Assembly (NCBI GenBank): GCA_965240325.2
Contig: OZ251235.1
Coordinates: 1,860,001 to 1,924,000, forward strand
DNA: 64,000 nucleotides
Direction of reading: 5' to 3'
DNA from: Rebecca billardiae RCC1528
Lineage: Eukaryota > Protista > Haptophyta
Every line of letters starts with the position of its first letter. Positions within the stretch are counted from its first letter, which is position 1. Shown piece by piece: positions 20,353 through 30,099 of the stretch. Under the pieces are notes generated by a model that did no database searches, was not told the origin of the DNA, and saw only the letters and a program-made list of their open reading frames with translations. The translations under genes and the position numbers were made by a program.

Positions 20353-21429
20353 ATGGCTGATGTCAACCCCGCCCTGAGGACCTATGAGGACTACCCGCCC
20401 ACGCCGGGCGGGGAGGCGATCGCCGTCATGATCCTTGGCGCCATCACCGCGGCCGTCTCCCTCCACGACGTGATCTGGCTCAAGAGGAATCTGCGCTTCG
20501 CCTTTGCGACGCGGGACCTGTACGTGGGCCTCAACGCCGCCTTTGGCATCTCGGCGGGCGCCAGCGCGCTCCGCGTGGCGCTGCCCTACTCCAACATCTT
20601 CCTGCAGGACATCATGCAGATCGCGCGGTGCGTCTGGCTCTACTACTTTGCGCGCCTCGCGATCACCCTCTTCGTGGGCATCAACACGTACGGCGGGCGC
20701 GCAGAGGGTCTCGAGATGGCGGGCAATCTGCTTGACGAGGCGGACATCCCGCCGCTCGTCGCCAAAGGGCCGCCGCCCATGTGGCTCTGCTCGGGGCGCA
20801 AGTTCAAGCCGTCCAAGGCCTTCATCGCGGGGTGCATCTTCCGCGTGGAGCTCTACATCGGCGGCTTTGTCGCGTTGCTCGTGGCGAGGCAGCTCGCGTT
20901 CGATGGCGGCGTGCTCGCGGCAGCGGACATCTATCTCCGCGTCGTCACCGCCGCGCTCACCTTCCTCGGCCTGTCGGGCGTGCTGCCCATCGTCCAGATC
21001 GCGCAGCCCCTCCTGCTCCCCGCCCACCGCGGCGTGTGGGTGGCGCGCGTGCAGCTGCTCTATTTCATCGTCCTGTGGATGGGCGTGGTGCAGGAGGTCC
21101 TGATCGCGCTGATCGCGGGGGCGGCGCAGTGGCCGTGGTGGGCAGAGCACTACGCCACGATCCTCGCAGTGGAGCTGCTCGCGGTGCAGGCCGTGTGCCA
21201 CAAGCTCTTCCTCCCGCCGCGCTTCACGTGGCGCTTCCCAGCCCCCGAGGTGCCAGACGAGATGAAGGCCAGCCGCGAGTCCGTGCTGAGGGCAGTGGCC
21301 ACGCTGCGCACGTCGCTGCCCCCGGAGGAGTGGAGGGCGGCTTTCGACAAGGATCACTCGAAGCACAAGGCCACGGAGCACGCGGCGGTTGCCCTCGACG
21401 GCGGCGCTCAGCCCGCGCAGGGGGCATAG
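20353..21429 (+). CDS. Organic solute transporter alpha / TMEM184-like multi-pass membrane protein
   Basis: About 7 hydrophobic helices with spacing like Solute_trans_a (VSLHDVIWL...YSNIFLQDIMQIARCVWLYYFARL...PPPMWLC...FIAGCIFRVELY). Confidence 0.6.
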   Translation: MADVNPALRTYEDYPPTPGGEAIAVMILGAITAAVSLHDVIWLKRNLRFAFATRDLYVGLNAAFGISAGASALRVALPYSNIFLQDIMQIARCVWLYYFARLAITLFVGINTYGGRAEGLEMAGNLLDEADIPPLVAKGPPPMWLCSGRKFKPSKAFIAGCIFRVELYIGGFVALLVARQLAFDGGVLAAADIYLRVVTAALTFLGLSGVLPIVQIAQPLLLPAHRGVWVARVQLLYFIVLWMGVVQEVLIALIAGAAQWPWWAEHYATILAVELLAVQAVCHKLFLPPRFTWRFPAPEVPDEMKASRESVLRAVATLRTSLPPEEWRAAFDKDHSKHKATEHAAVALDGGAQPAQGA

Positions 21430-21799
21430 CGCCGCAGGTGAGGGAGGTCGTCGACTGGAGGTGTGGGCGCGTTATATTACCAGCAGCGCGCAGCGCATCA
21501 TCAGGCTTCGACTTCGTCTCGTAACCGACTACTACCCGTCACTCCGAGTCCGGGGCGGGCACGTCGTCAGACTTGTCAGTCGCCAGTGCCCAGTCGGCCG
21601 TCGTCGTCCGCCGCGTGGTCACTCAGTCGTAGTCAGAGAGACAGCAGTCTGACGAGTCATCTGAGTGGCCCGGGCCCCGGCCCGTCGATAGTCAGTAGCT
21701 ACGCTCAGTGTCACAGTGACAGTCGTCGTATATAGGATTCGATGGCGCACGGGCGGCCGCCCCGCGGCCCCGCCCGCTCGCGCGCCTTCCCCGCCCTCA

Positions 21800-24799
21800 T
21801 CAGCCACCCCGGTGCGCGCTCTCCTCGTCGTCGGCGTACCGCAGCCCGTACCCAGCTGGGTACAGGACGCCATCCGACGGCAGCGGCCCGCGCGGCCACG
21901 GCACACTCAGCGAGCCAGTCGGGCCAACCGGACCCATCGGCGCGCCGGCGGCGGTTGCGGCGCGCGGCCGGGCGCTCGGCGGCGCGCCCCGATGCGGATC
22001 GTCGGCGGCAGGCTCGTCTTCCGCCACGCCGCCCTTCTCGCCCCAGCCGAACAGCAGCTGCGCCGCCGCGCCGCCCGCCTCGCTCCCCGGCAGCCACAAC
22101 ACGAGCAGCGCGTCGATCAGCTCAAGCACGTCCGGCGGCACGTGCAGCGGCCGCCCCGTCAGCAGCACGACGACGAGCGGGCGCGCGCGCGCCGCCGCGC
22201 GGTACTTGCGCACCTCCGCCTGGTCGGTGCGCGCGAGCTCGAGCGAGGTCACGTCTCCGTGCCACTCTGCATACGGTCGCTCGCCCAGCACTAGGACGGC
22301 CACGTCACCCCACGCAAGCTCGGACGAGTCCGCGCCGAGGTGCGCGCCGCCCACGCCGGCCGGCGCGGGCGGCGCGTGCAGCGACGATTGGTCGAGGAGC
22401 GCGCAGTGCGCCGCCGCCGCGCTCGCAACCGTCACGCCGCTCGCCTGCCGCGAGGGCGGCGGCGCGGCGAGGCTAGGCGGCGCGCCGTCCGCCGCGCGCA
22501 CGCCGTGCGCGTCCAAGTGCGCGACGATGCCTTGCCAGATGGTACGCCCCGCGCCGCCGCCGCCGAGGTGGCGGCTGCCGAGCTGGCCCTGCCACGAGGT
22601 GCCGCTCCACCCGCCGCACTGCATGCCGAGGTCGTGCGCGCCGCGCCCGCCGACGAGCAGCCGCAGCCCGCCATGCCTCGCGTCGCGCGCGCGTAGCGGC
22701 AGCACCGGCGCGCGCGCACCTGCGCCGCGCACGCGCCCGTTCTTAAGTAGCACGGCGCTGCGTCGCACCGCGTGCCGCGCGAGCGCGCGGTGCGCGGCGC
22801 AGCCGACGATGCGCGGCTTCGGCAGCGGGCTTGCGCTCGCCGACGCGCCACCCTCGACCGAGGGAGACGCACCCGCCGCCGCCGCCGCCGGTGCGCCCGC
22901 GCCCAGCCCCGCCGCCGCCGTCGCCGCCGCGGCACTGCCGCGCGGCGCGTACTCAGGTGGCAGCGGTAGGAGCAAGGCGCTGAGCTTGGCGTACAACACG
23001 CGGCGCGCGGCGTCACGGAGCCGACTCGTGGGCAGCAGGCCGCTGTCGACCGCACGGCGGATCTCGGCGAGCTGCGCACTCAGGCGCGCCGCGCCGCGCG
23101 GCGGTGGCGGTGGCGGTGCGCCGTCCACGCCGCCGCCTGTGGCCGCCGCGCCGCGCGCTGGCGGCGGCTCGGCGCCTCCGGCGGAAGTCAGGATCAGGTC
23201 CACACCTGCGCACAGCGCGCGCGCCACCGCCGCGCCGTAGGCGCCGGGCTCGAGCTCGTCGCACCCGTCCAGGTCGGAGAGCACGCAGCCGTCGAAGCCG
23301 AGCCCCTCGAGATCTGCGACCTCCGCCTCCTCGCCGCCGCCTCGGCCCGCGCCGCCGCCGCCGGCGGGTAAAGACGCAGCCGCTGCGCCCGCGGCCGCCG
23401 CCGCGCCCACGCCTGCGGCCGCCGCCGCGCCCACGCCTGCGGCCGTCGGCGCGCCCACGCCTACGGTCGTCGGCGCGGCCGCTCCGCCCAGCGCGCTGGC
23501 AGCAGACGGCGGCATGACGGCGGCCGGCTGCGGCGCGGCGGCCGGCTGCGGCGCGGCGGCCGGCTGCGGCGCGGCGTGCGGTGGCGGCGCGGCGTGTGGC
23601 GCCGGCGCGGCGTGTGGTCTCGCCCTGAGGACGTTCATCACCCAGCGCGTGTTGGCGTGCATCGGCGTGCCGCACACCGACGAGTACGAGACCATCACGC
23701 CGAGCACGCCCGCGCGCACGCACGCCGCGTACGGCCGCAGGTGCACGCCGCGCAGCTGCGCCTCTGCCAGTGGCGCGTCTCCGCGGTCCAGGCGAGCGCT
23801 CACACCAGTGCCCATCGCGCAGGCGCCGTCCGCAAGGTAGTGCTTTGCACACGCGAGCAGCGGCGCGCCGAGCGACGCGGCGCCGGCGTGCAGCCCGGCG
23901 ACCGCCGCCGCGCCGAGCGCGCTCACGCGCGCCCCGTCCGCGCCGAACGACTCGTACGTGCGGCCCCACCGCGCGTCGGCCACAACGGCCACGCAGGGGG
24001 CGAACACCAGATTCACCCCGCACGCGCACGCCTCGCGCGCGGCCGCGCGGTAGACGGCGCGCACGAGCGGCTCGGCGTCGAGCGCGCAGCCGAGGCCGAT
24101 GTGGTGCGGGAAGAGGGTCGCGCCGCGCACGCTGTGGTGCCCGTGCACCACGTCGCTCCCGACCAGCAGCGGCACGCGCACGCCCGAGCCACTGCTACCT
24201 CGTCGGCTGCTGCCGTTGCCACCGCCGTTGCCGCCGGCGCGGCCGTGCGCCGCGCCGGCCGCGTGGCCGACGAGCGGCGCAGCGCGCTGCAGACGGTGCA
24301 CAAAGTCGAGCCACTGCGCCGTGACGTTGGGCCGCGGCGCGCCGTCGCCGGCGACGAGCACGCCGCTCAGGCAGAGCCGCGACGCGAGTGCGCACGCCCC
24401 GCGCGACGGCGGGCCGTCCGCGCACAGCGCGCGCGCGCGCGCCGCGAGCGAGTCGAGCATGGCGAGCGCCGCGTCGGGCAGGGCGCGGCGCAGCGCGCGG
24501 CGTGTAGCAAGCGCGCTGAGTGCGTGCGCGCACGCCGTGCCGACGCACGCGCCCGCGGGCTCGGCGAGCTCGCGCTCGAGCGCGCGCCACTCGACGAGCA
24601 CGCACTGCCCCAGCAGCTCGTCCAGCGACATGGCGGCGCTGAGCGCGTCGGCCGCGGCCGCGCACGCGCGTGCGTGGTCGGCGTGGGCGTCCACGCCGGC
24701 GGGGTCGCTCGGCTCGCCACCCTCGCGCTCCTCGGAGCGGAGCTCGCCTGATAGGATGAGCGGCGCGTCGGCGCGGCCGCCATCGTCGCGCGCCGCCAT
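21800..24799 (-). CDS. Glycoside hydrolase family 3 (beta-glucosidase / exo-beta-glucanase)
   Basis: Motifs DVVHGH..ATLFPHHIGLG, RWGRTYESFG, CAKHYLADG, VMVSYSS, GFDGCVLSD (nucleophile), AVLLKN, QCGGW and GERPYAEWHGD. Confidence 0.92.
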   Translation of the reverse strand: MAARDDGGRADAPLILSGELRSEEREGGEPSDPAGVDAHADHARACAAAADALSAAMSLDELLGQCVLVEWRALERELAEPAGACVGTACAHALSALATRRALRRALPDAALAMLDSLAARARALCADGPPSRGACALASRLCLSGVLVAGDGAPRPNVTAQWLDFVHRLQRAAPLVGHAAGAAHGRAGGNGGGNGSSRRGSSGSGVRVPLLVGSDVVHGHHSVRGATLFPHHIGLGCALDAEPLVRAVYRAAAREACACGVNLVFAPCVAVVADARWGRTYESFGADGARVSALGAAAVAGLHAGAASLGAPLLACAKHYLADGACAMGTGVSARLDRGDAPLAEAQLRGVHLRPYAACVRAGVLGVMVSYSSVCGTPMHANTRWVMNVLRARPHAAPAPHAAPPPHAAPQPAAAPQPAAAPQPAAVMPPSAASALGGAAAPTTVGVGAPTAAGVGAAAAAGVGAAAAAGAAAASLPAGGGGAGRGGGEEAEVADLEGLGFDGCVLSDLDGCDELEPGAYGAAVARALCAGVDLILTSAGGAEPPPARGAAATGGGVDGAPPPPPPRGAARLSAQLAEIRRAVDSGLLPTSRLRDAARRVLYAKLSALLLPLPPEYAPRGSAAAATAAAGLGAGAPAAAAAGASPSVEGGASASASPLPKPRIVGCAAHRALARHAVRRSAVLLKNGRVRGAGARAPVLPLRARDARHGGLRLLVGGRGAHDLGMQCGGWSGTSWQGQLGSRHLGGGGAGRTIWQGIVAHLDAHGVRAADGAPPSLAAPPPSRQASGVTVASAAAAHCALLDQSSLHAPPAPAGVGGAHLGADSSELAWGDVAVLVLGERPYAEWHGDVTSLELARTDQAEVRKYRAAARARPLVVVLLTGRPLHVPPDVLELIDALLVLWLPGSEAGGAAAQLLFGWGEKGGVAEDEPAADDPHRGAPPSARPRAATAAGAPMGPVGPTGSLSVPWPRGPLPSDGVLYPAGYGLRYADDEESAHRGG

Positions 24800-24924
24800 C
24801 GTCTCGATCGTCCGGCGGGAGCAGTTTGAAGTTTTTGGGCGCGCCATTTGCTCCGATTTTCGAGCCATATATAATGCGTCCGGCGCGCCGAGCGCGTGTC
24901 GAGACACAACACGCGGCGGACACG

Positions 24925-25983
24925 ATGGCGAGCTCGGCGTGGAGCCAGCCCGCGTGGCACGCACTGCTGCGCCGCCGCGCCGTGGTGCGCGTGCGCGGCG
25001 CGGACGCGAGTGAGTACCTGCAGGGCCTCGTGACCAACGACATGAAGGCGCTCAGCCCCGCCGTGCCCGCGCACCTCGCCTTCCTCGAGCGCACCGGCCG
25101 CGTGCTGCTCGAGGCGCATGTGCGCGTCGACGAGGCGGCGCCCGGCGGCTTCGTGCTCGACTGCGACGCGCGCGTGTCGGGCGCGCTGCAGCGCCACCTG
25201 CGCAAGTTCGCGCTCCGCAAGGACGTCGAGGTCGAGGACGCGAGCGAAGAGCTCGCCGTGCTCGCGGGGAGCGGGCCGGCAGTCGCAAACGCTGCGGACG
25301 TGCGCATCGCCGGCGCGCCCGACGCGCGCGCGCTGCGTGACCCGCGGTGCGCCGAGCTGGGCTGGCGCGCCATCGTGCCGCTCGGCGCGGTGGCGGACGA
25401 GGCGCGCGTCGAGGGCTCCGCGCAGGTGCCCGAGCCGCTGTACGACGTGTGCCGCACGCTGCTCGGCGTGGCGGAGGGACCGGAGGACCTGCCGAGCGCC
25501 GAGGCGCTTCCGCTGGAATCAAACCTGGACCGCCACGCCGCCATCTCGTTCAACAAGGGGTGCTACCTGGGGCAGGAGCTCACGGCGCGCACGCACTTCA
25601 CCGGCGTCGTGCGCAAGCGCCTCGTGCCCCTCGTGCGCGCCGGCGCCGACGCCACGCCCGCCGAGTGGCCCGCCGCGGCCAGCCACCTGCCCGCGTGGTG
25701 CCGGCAGCCGACGGTCGCGCGCGCGCTGCAGCAGGCGCAGCTCGACGGCGACGCGCCGCCCCTCGGCGAGCCGGGCGCGGACGTGACGCTCGCCGACGGC
25801 TCGGCCGCGTCGGTGGGCAAGCTGCGCTCGAGCGCGGGCGCGACCGTCGCCCTCGCGCTGCTCCGGCTGGAGAAGGCGGCCGCGCCCGGCACCGAGCTGC
25901 GCCTTGGCGGCGACGCCGCGCCGGGCGTCGCGCTCGCGCCTGTGCCGGCGCCGTGGCTCACGGCCGCACTTTCCGACAAGTAG
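24925..25983 (+). CDS. IBA57: IBA57/YgfZ folate-binding Fe-S cluster assembly factor
   Basis: VRGADASEYLQGLVTND, ALPLESNLD and the signature SFNKGCYLGQELTARTHFTGVVRKRL. Confidence 0.93.
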   Translation: MASSAWSQPAWHALLRRRAVVRVRGADASEYLQGLVTNDMKALSPAVPAHLAFLERTGRVLLEAHVRVDEAAPGGFVLDCDARVSGALQRHLRKFALRKDVEVEDASEELAVLAGSGPAVANAADVRIAGAPDARALRDPRCAELGWRAIVPLGAVADEARVEGSAQVPEPLYDVCRTLLGVAEGPEDLPSAEALPLESNLDRHAAISFNKGCYLGQELTARTHFTGVVRKRLVPLVRAGADATPAEWPAAASHLPAWCRQPTVARALQQAQLDGDAPPLGEPGADVTLADGSAASVGKLRSSAGATVALALLRLEKAAAPGTELRLGGDAAPGVALAPVPAPWLTAALSDK

Positions 25984-26077
25984 TAGGCCGCCTCGGTTGT
26001 GTACGTCGAGAACCACAGCGCGCAATAATAATCTGCTGAGCTGCTAAGCTACTGCTAATGTATATACGCACTACGAA

Positions 26078-27312
26078 GGCTCCGGATTCGGTTGACCCCT
26101 GCCAGTGGCGGGCATTCTGAGAGTGAGAACCGAGTCGAAGTCACTCGAGCGGACCATATAGCCGGGTCCCTCCCGACCCCCGATTGATGACTGCCAAGCG
26201 ACATTGAGCATACACCCACCTCCCAATAGGATTCAGACTCATTTTTATAAGTGACACATACAAAAATGCGACCGAAATCCGAAACATGGGTAACTGTATA
26301 TTAACATGGGTATCTCTGACGGAACTTGTATTCAGACAGTGATGTCACAGCTCACCGCCCCGCACTCGCGAGCGCGCTCTGGTTGGTCAGCTGCGCGCGG
26401 AGAGCATTGTGCCGCTCCTCGCTCAGCTGGTACACCGCTGGGCGCGGCCGCTCCGCCGCCGCTGCCGCGTGCCTCCGCCTCGTGCCGCGTGCTGGGGCGC
26501 CGCTGAAAGCCGGCGTGATCGGTTGCACGGGCGTGAGCTCGACAACGCCGCGGATGTTGCTGGAGTTGACGATGAAGCGCGTGTCGCCGTCGTTCCCAGC
26601 GGCAACTGCGTCCCATTCGGCAAACGAGAGCCCGCTCGCGTCGTCCGGGATGCGGTCCCACCACTTGATGGCCACCGCGGCCTCGTTGGCTGCAAACGAC
26701 ACGTTGTCAAGGGAGCCGGCCACCTGGAACTTCTTGACAATGCACGAGCCGTCGCCTGCGTCCACGGTGCGCGCGATCCAGTAGCCCTGGCGGAGCCACT
26801 GGTCCTCGACGTCGCCCGCGCGCCGCCTCCCGAACCGACGCTGCGGCTTCACCTCGATGGCGATCCACAACTCCGGCACGAGCGAGTCGAGCAGATTGGC
26901 TGCAGCTGTGGCGGCGCCGCTGCGCAGGCGGCGGTCGGTGGTGGTGTCCACCGTGTGCACGATCGCGAGGTCACGCGCGACCGCCAGGAGGTGCTCGGCA
27001 TCGCGTTCGCCAAGAGTAGCTCGCAGCTGTTCGTCCGAGACGTCGGCGTCGAACACGCTGCGCACGTCGCGCCCGCACCACCATGGCAGTGGGCAAAAGT
27101 ACCCGGACTCCCAGTAGAAATGGTGAAATTCGGGCTCTGACGCCGTGTAAAAACAAGCGATCGCGGCAAACGGTGCGGATTCGCGCTCAGCACGCCAGCC
27201 CGAGTCCAGCAAGCCTTCGACCGCCTCCGTGCGACCTCGCGAAGGTCGTTTTCATTTTCGGTACGCCCGGTTTCTATGACCGGACTGGCAGGGGTCAACC
27301 GAAGCCGGAGCC
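26078..27312. mobile_element. 1,235-bp TIR DNA transposon (internally deleted), 29-bp TIRs, 4-bp TSD CGAA
   Basis: CGAA|GGCTCCGGATTCGGTTGACCCCTGCCAGT ... ACTGGCAGGGGTCAACCGAAGCCGGAGCC|CGAA, with one mismatch between the TIRs. Confidence 0.85.
26352..27212 (-). pseudogene. ORF inside the TIR element; probably the 3' part of a transposon-encoded protein
   Basis: 286-codon complex-sequence ORF (EFHHFYW..., GYWIARTV..., IKWWDR..., FIVNSSNIR) starting at a non-ATG codon ~100 bp from the TIR. No complete DDE triad recognised. Confidence 0.5.
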
Positions 27313-27418
27313 CGAATATACTATGACGATAGTCGTCTGCTGCTACTACTATGCTACTCATCATCATATCTTATAGCCGATGATCATCACATATCATTGA
27401 TAATCAAATATTTGATAT

Positions 27419-29044
27419 TCACACCCATGGCGACCAGCCGATCCACATGCGGCCGAGCACGTTGGGGTCGGTGGCCTGCTCGATGAGCACGGCCACCTGC
27501 TGCTCGACGCTCAGCCCGCTCTCGGGGAGCGCGCGCCGCTCCGCGCCCTCCGGCCCGAGCACGATGTCCTCGAGCGCCGCCAGCACCGCCTCCTTGCCCG
27601 GCGCGAGCACCTCCTTGCGCACGTGTGCGTGCGAGTTGTCGCGCGCGTCCTCGAGCGTTAGGTGCGACGGGTGCGCGCCGCTCAGCTTGCGCTGCACGAT
27701 GCTCACGCGCTTGCGCGCGAAGCTGCGCCGCCGGCCAGCGCGGCGGGCAGGCGGGGCACGCAGGCACGTGCGCGCGCGGCGCGCGGCGCGCGGCGCTCAG
27801 CGCAGCGCGGTCGGGAGCAGGTGCGCGCGCGCGCGCAGCCGACCCCCTCCCTCGCGCCGTGGCGACGGCGCGGCGCGTCGGCGCGGCGCGCGCACACCTG
27901 CTCTCGGCTGGCGGCGCGGCGCCGCCGTGTGCGTCGGCGGCATCCGGCTCGTCCGCCTCGCCCGGTCCGTGCTCCTGCTTCTGCTCGCCCTTCACCCACT
28001 CCGCCAGCGGCTCCTGCAGGAACACGTCCAGCGTGCGCAGCAGCTGCGCGCGGCGCGCCACGAGCGCGCGCAGCGTGTGCACCATGTGCCCGCCCAGCAG
28101 CTCCCGAGTGGCGAGCGGCGCGAGCGCGGCAAGGAGCTGCGGCGAGAGGCGGAAGGGGACGAGCTCGGGCACGGGGAGGAGCATGGTCGCCGAGCCGAAC
28201 GCGTGGCCGAAGTCGATGCCGATCAGCTCGCCCGAGCCCGCGTGCACGAGGAAGTTGTCGAGGTGGCGGTCGCCGACGCCGAGCGCCCACGAACACACGG
28301 ACAGCGCGCCGAGCGAGCGACCAAACGCGGAGCGGCACGCGAGGAAGGCCTCGGCGGAGGGCGCGCGCGCGAGCAGCGCGGCGCGCACGAGCGTGCGCGG
28401 CCCGACGGCCTGCACGCACGCCTCGAACCTCGGCGCGAGCTTCTCGCGGCCCAGCTTCGCGTACTGTTGCACGTACGCACCCGGGCCTTTGTAGAGCTCA
28501 GAATAAAGACCAGTGGCGGGGTGCCGCGGGTCGGTGGGCGGGTGCGCGCCGCCGTTGGCGGCGGCGGCGGCGGCGCGGCCGGCGGTGCTCGCGGCGGTGG
28601 CGCTCTCGTGCGCGCCCGCCAGCATCGCCTTGAGCGGCAGCGTGCCCGCCACCCACTCGATCACGCCCACCTGCGGCGAGAGCGGCAGGACTGCGTAAGT
28701 CCGCACGCGCAGCGCGCGCGCGCTCGCGCCCGCGTCGGCGCGCAGCGCTCGGTTCATTTGCCGAAACAGTTGCTCGATGCGCTGGTCGAGGCGGAGGTCC
28801 TCGCCGCCCTTGACGAGGAGGCGCCGCTCCTGCTGGTCCGAGCAGCGCACCGACACCGCCTTCGGCAGCCGGATCGACGCCATCGTGCGGATCCGCCGCT
28901 CGAAGGACTCAGCCCAGACCACCGCGTCTGCGCGGCGCGCGAGCGGGTCGGATTCGCCGAGATAGTCATCTCCCGGGATCTCGAGCGCGCTCAGGCCCGC
29001 GTAGCCGGGGAGCGCGGCGAAGGGCGCGGCGGCGGCGGGCACGC

Positions 29045-29097
<53 letters not shown>

Positions 29098-30067
29098 CCG
29101 GGCGCGTTGCTGCCGCCGCGCCGCGAGATCGCATCTCGGCGCGGCGAGATCGCATCTCGGCCTCGCCGCGAGATCGCATCTCGGCGCTCGTAATTGGCGA
29201 GCGCTGCGGAGAAGGCGGCAAGATCCTGGTTGGACCGAAGCACCGCGCCGCCGCGCGCGCCGGTGGCGTCGTCCGCCTTGGGCTGGAGCTTGGGCGCGAG
29301 GTCCGCCGTGAACTTGCGCAGGCTCGCGGCGAACCCCGGCGCGCCCATCTTCTCGCCCTGCGCGCCGAACAGCCTGCAGAAGCCCTTGCGGTTCTGCGAG
29401 GCAAACGCTGCTACGTAGCTGCCGACGCCGGCGCGGCGGTCGTCGAGCACACGCTCGGCGAAGGCGCGCCACAGGGCTTGCGCGCCGGGCACGTCGGCCG
29501 CGCCGAGCTTCACGCCCACCTCGCGCAAGAAGTCCTTCGTCCGCAGCTCCGGGTGCGTCAGGTCGGCGAGGCACTCGACGAGCTCGCTGAGCGCGGGCGC
29601 GCGCAGCAGCGCGCGCAGCGGCTCGGCGCGCGCCGCGGCCGCGGCGCTCAGCTCCGGGGCGGCGAGGGCGAACTGGAAGCACAGGGCCTGGGGGTAGCGC
29701 GCGCCGAGCGCGAGCAGCGGCGGGAGCACGAGCTCGGAGCGCGCGGGGTCGCCGAGCGCGCCCACGAGCTGCGGCGCCCAGCGGAGCAGCGGCCAGACGG
29801 AGCGCAGCCCGGCAAGCCCGGCGCGCAACGCCTCGCGCGCCTTCGCCTGCGCGGCGGCGCTCACGAGCGGCTCGGTGGCGGCGGCGGGCGGCGCGGTGCA
29901 CAGCCGCAGCAGCGCCGGCACGCAGTCGGCGCCGCGCGCGTCCGCGGCCTGCAGCAGCGCGAGCGCGCTCGCCACGCCCTCGTGTAGCAAGCCCTCGCGC
30001 CACGCGCGACGCTCGTCGGCGCCCGCCACCGCCGCCGGCAGGTGCCGCCGCGCCGGGGCGGCCGCGG

Positions 30068-30099
<32 letters not shown>

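Noticed and set aside
27387-27897. C-terminus of the 5,222-aa ORF as given in the ORF track
   Set aside because: It reads through an intron. The real FATC end is in the 27419-27722 frame.
29110-29165. GC-AG intron removing the RDAIS repeats in DNA-PKcs
   Set aside because: The candidate is 52 nt and would break the frame leading into the kinase domain.
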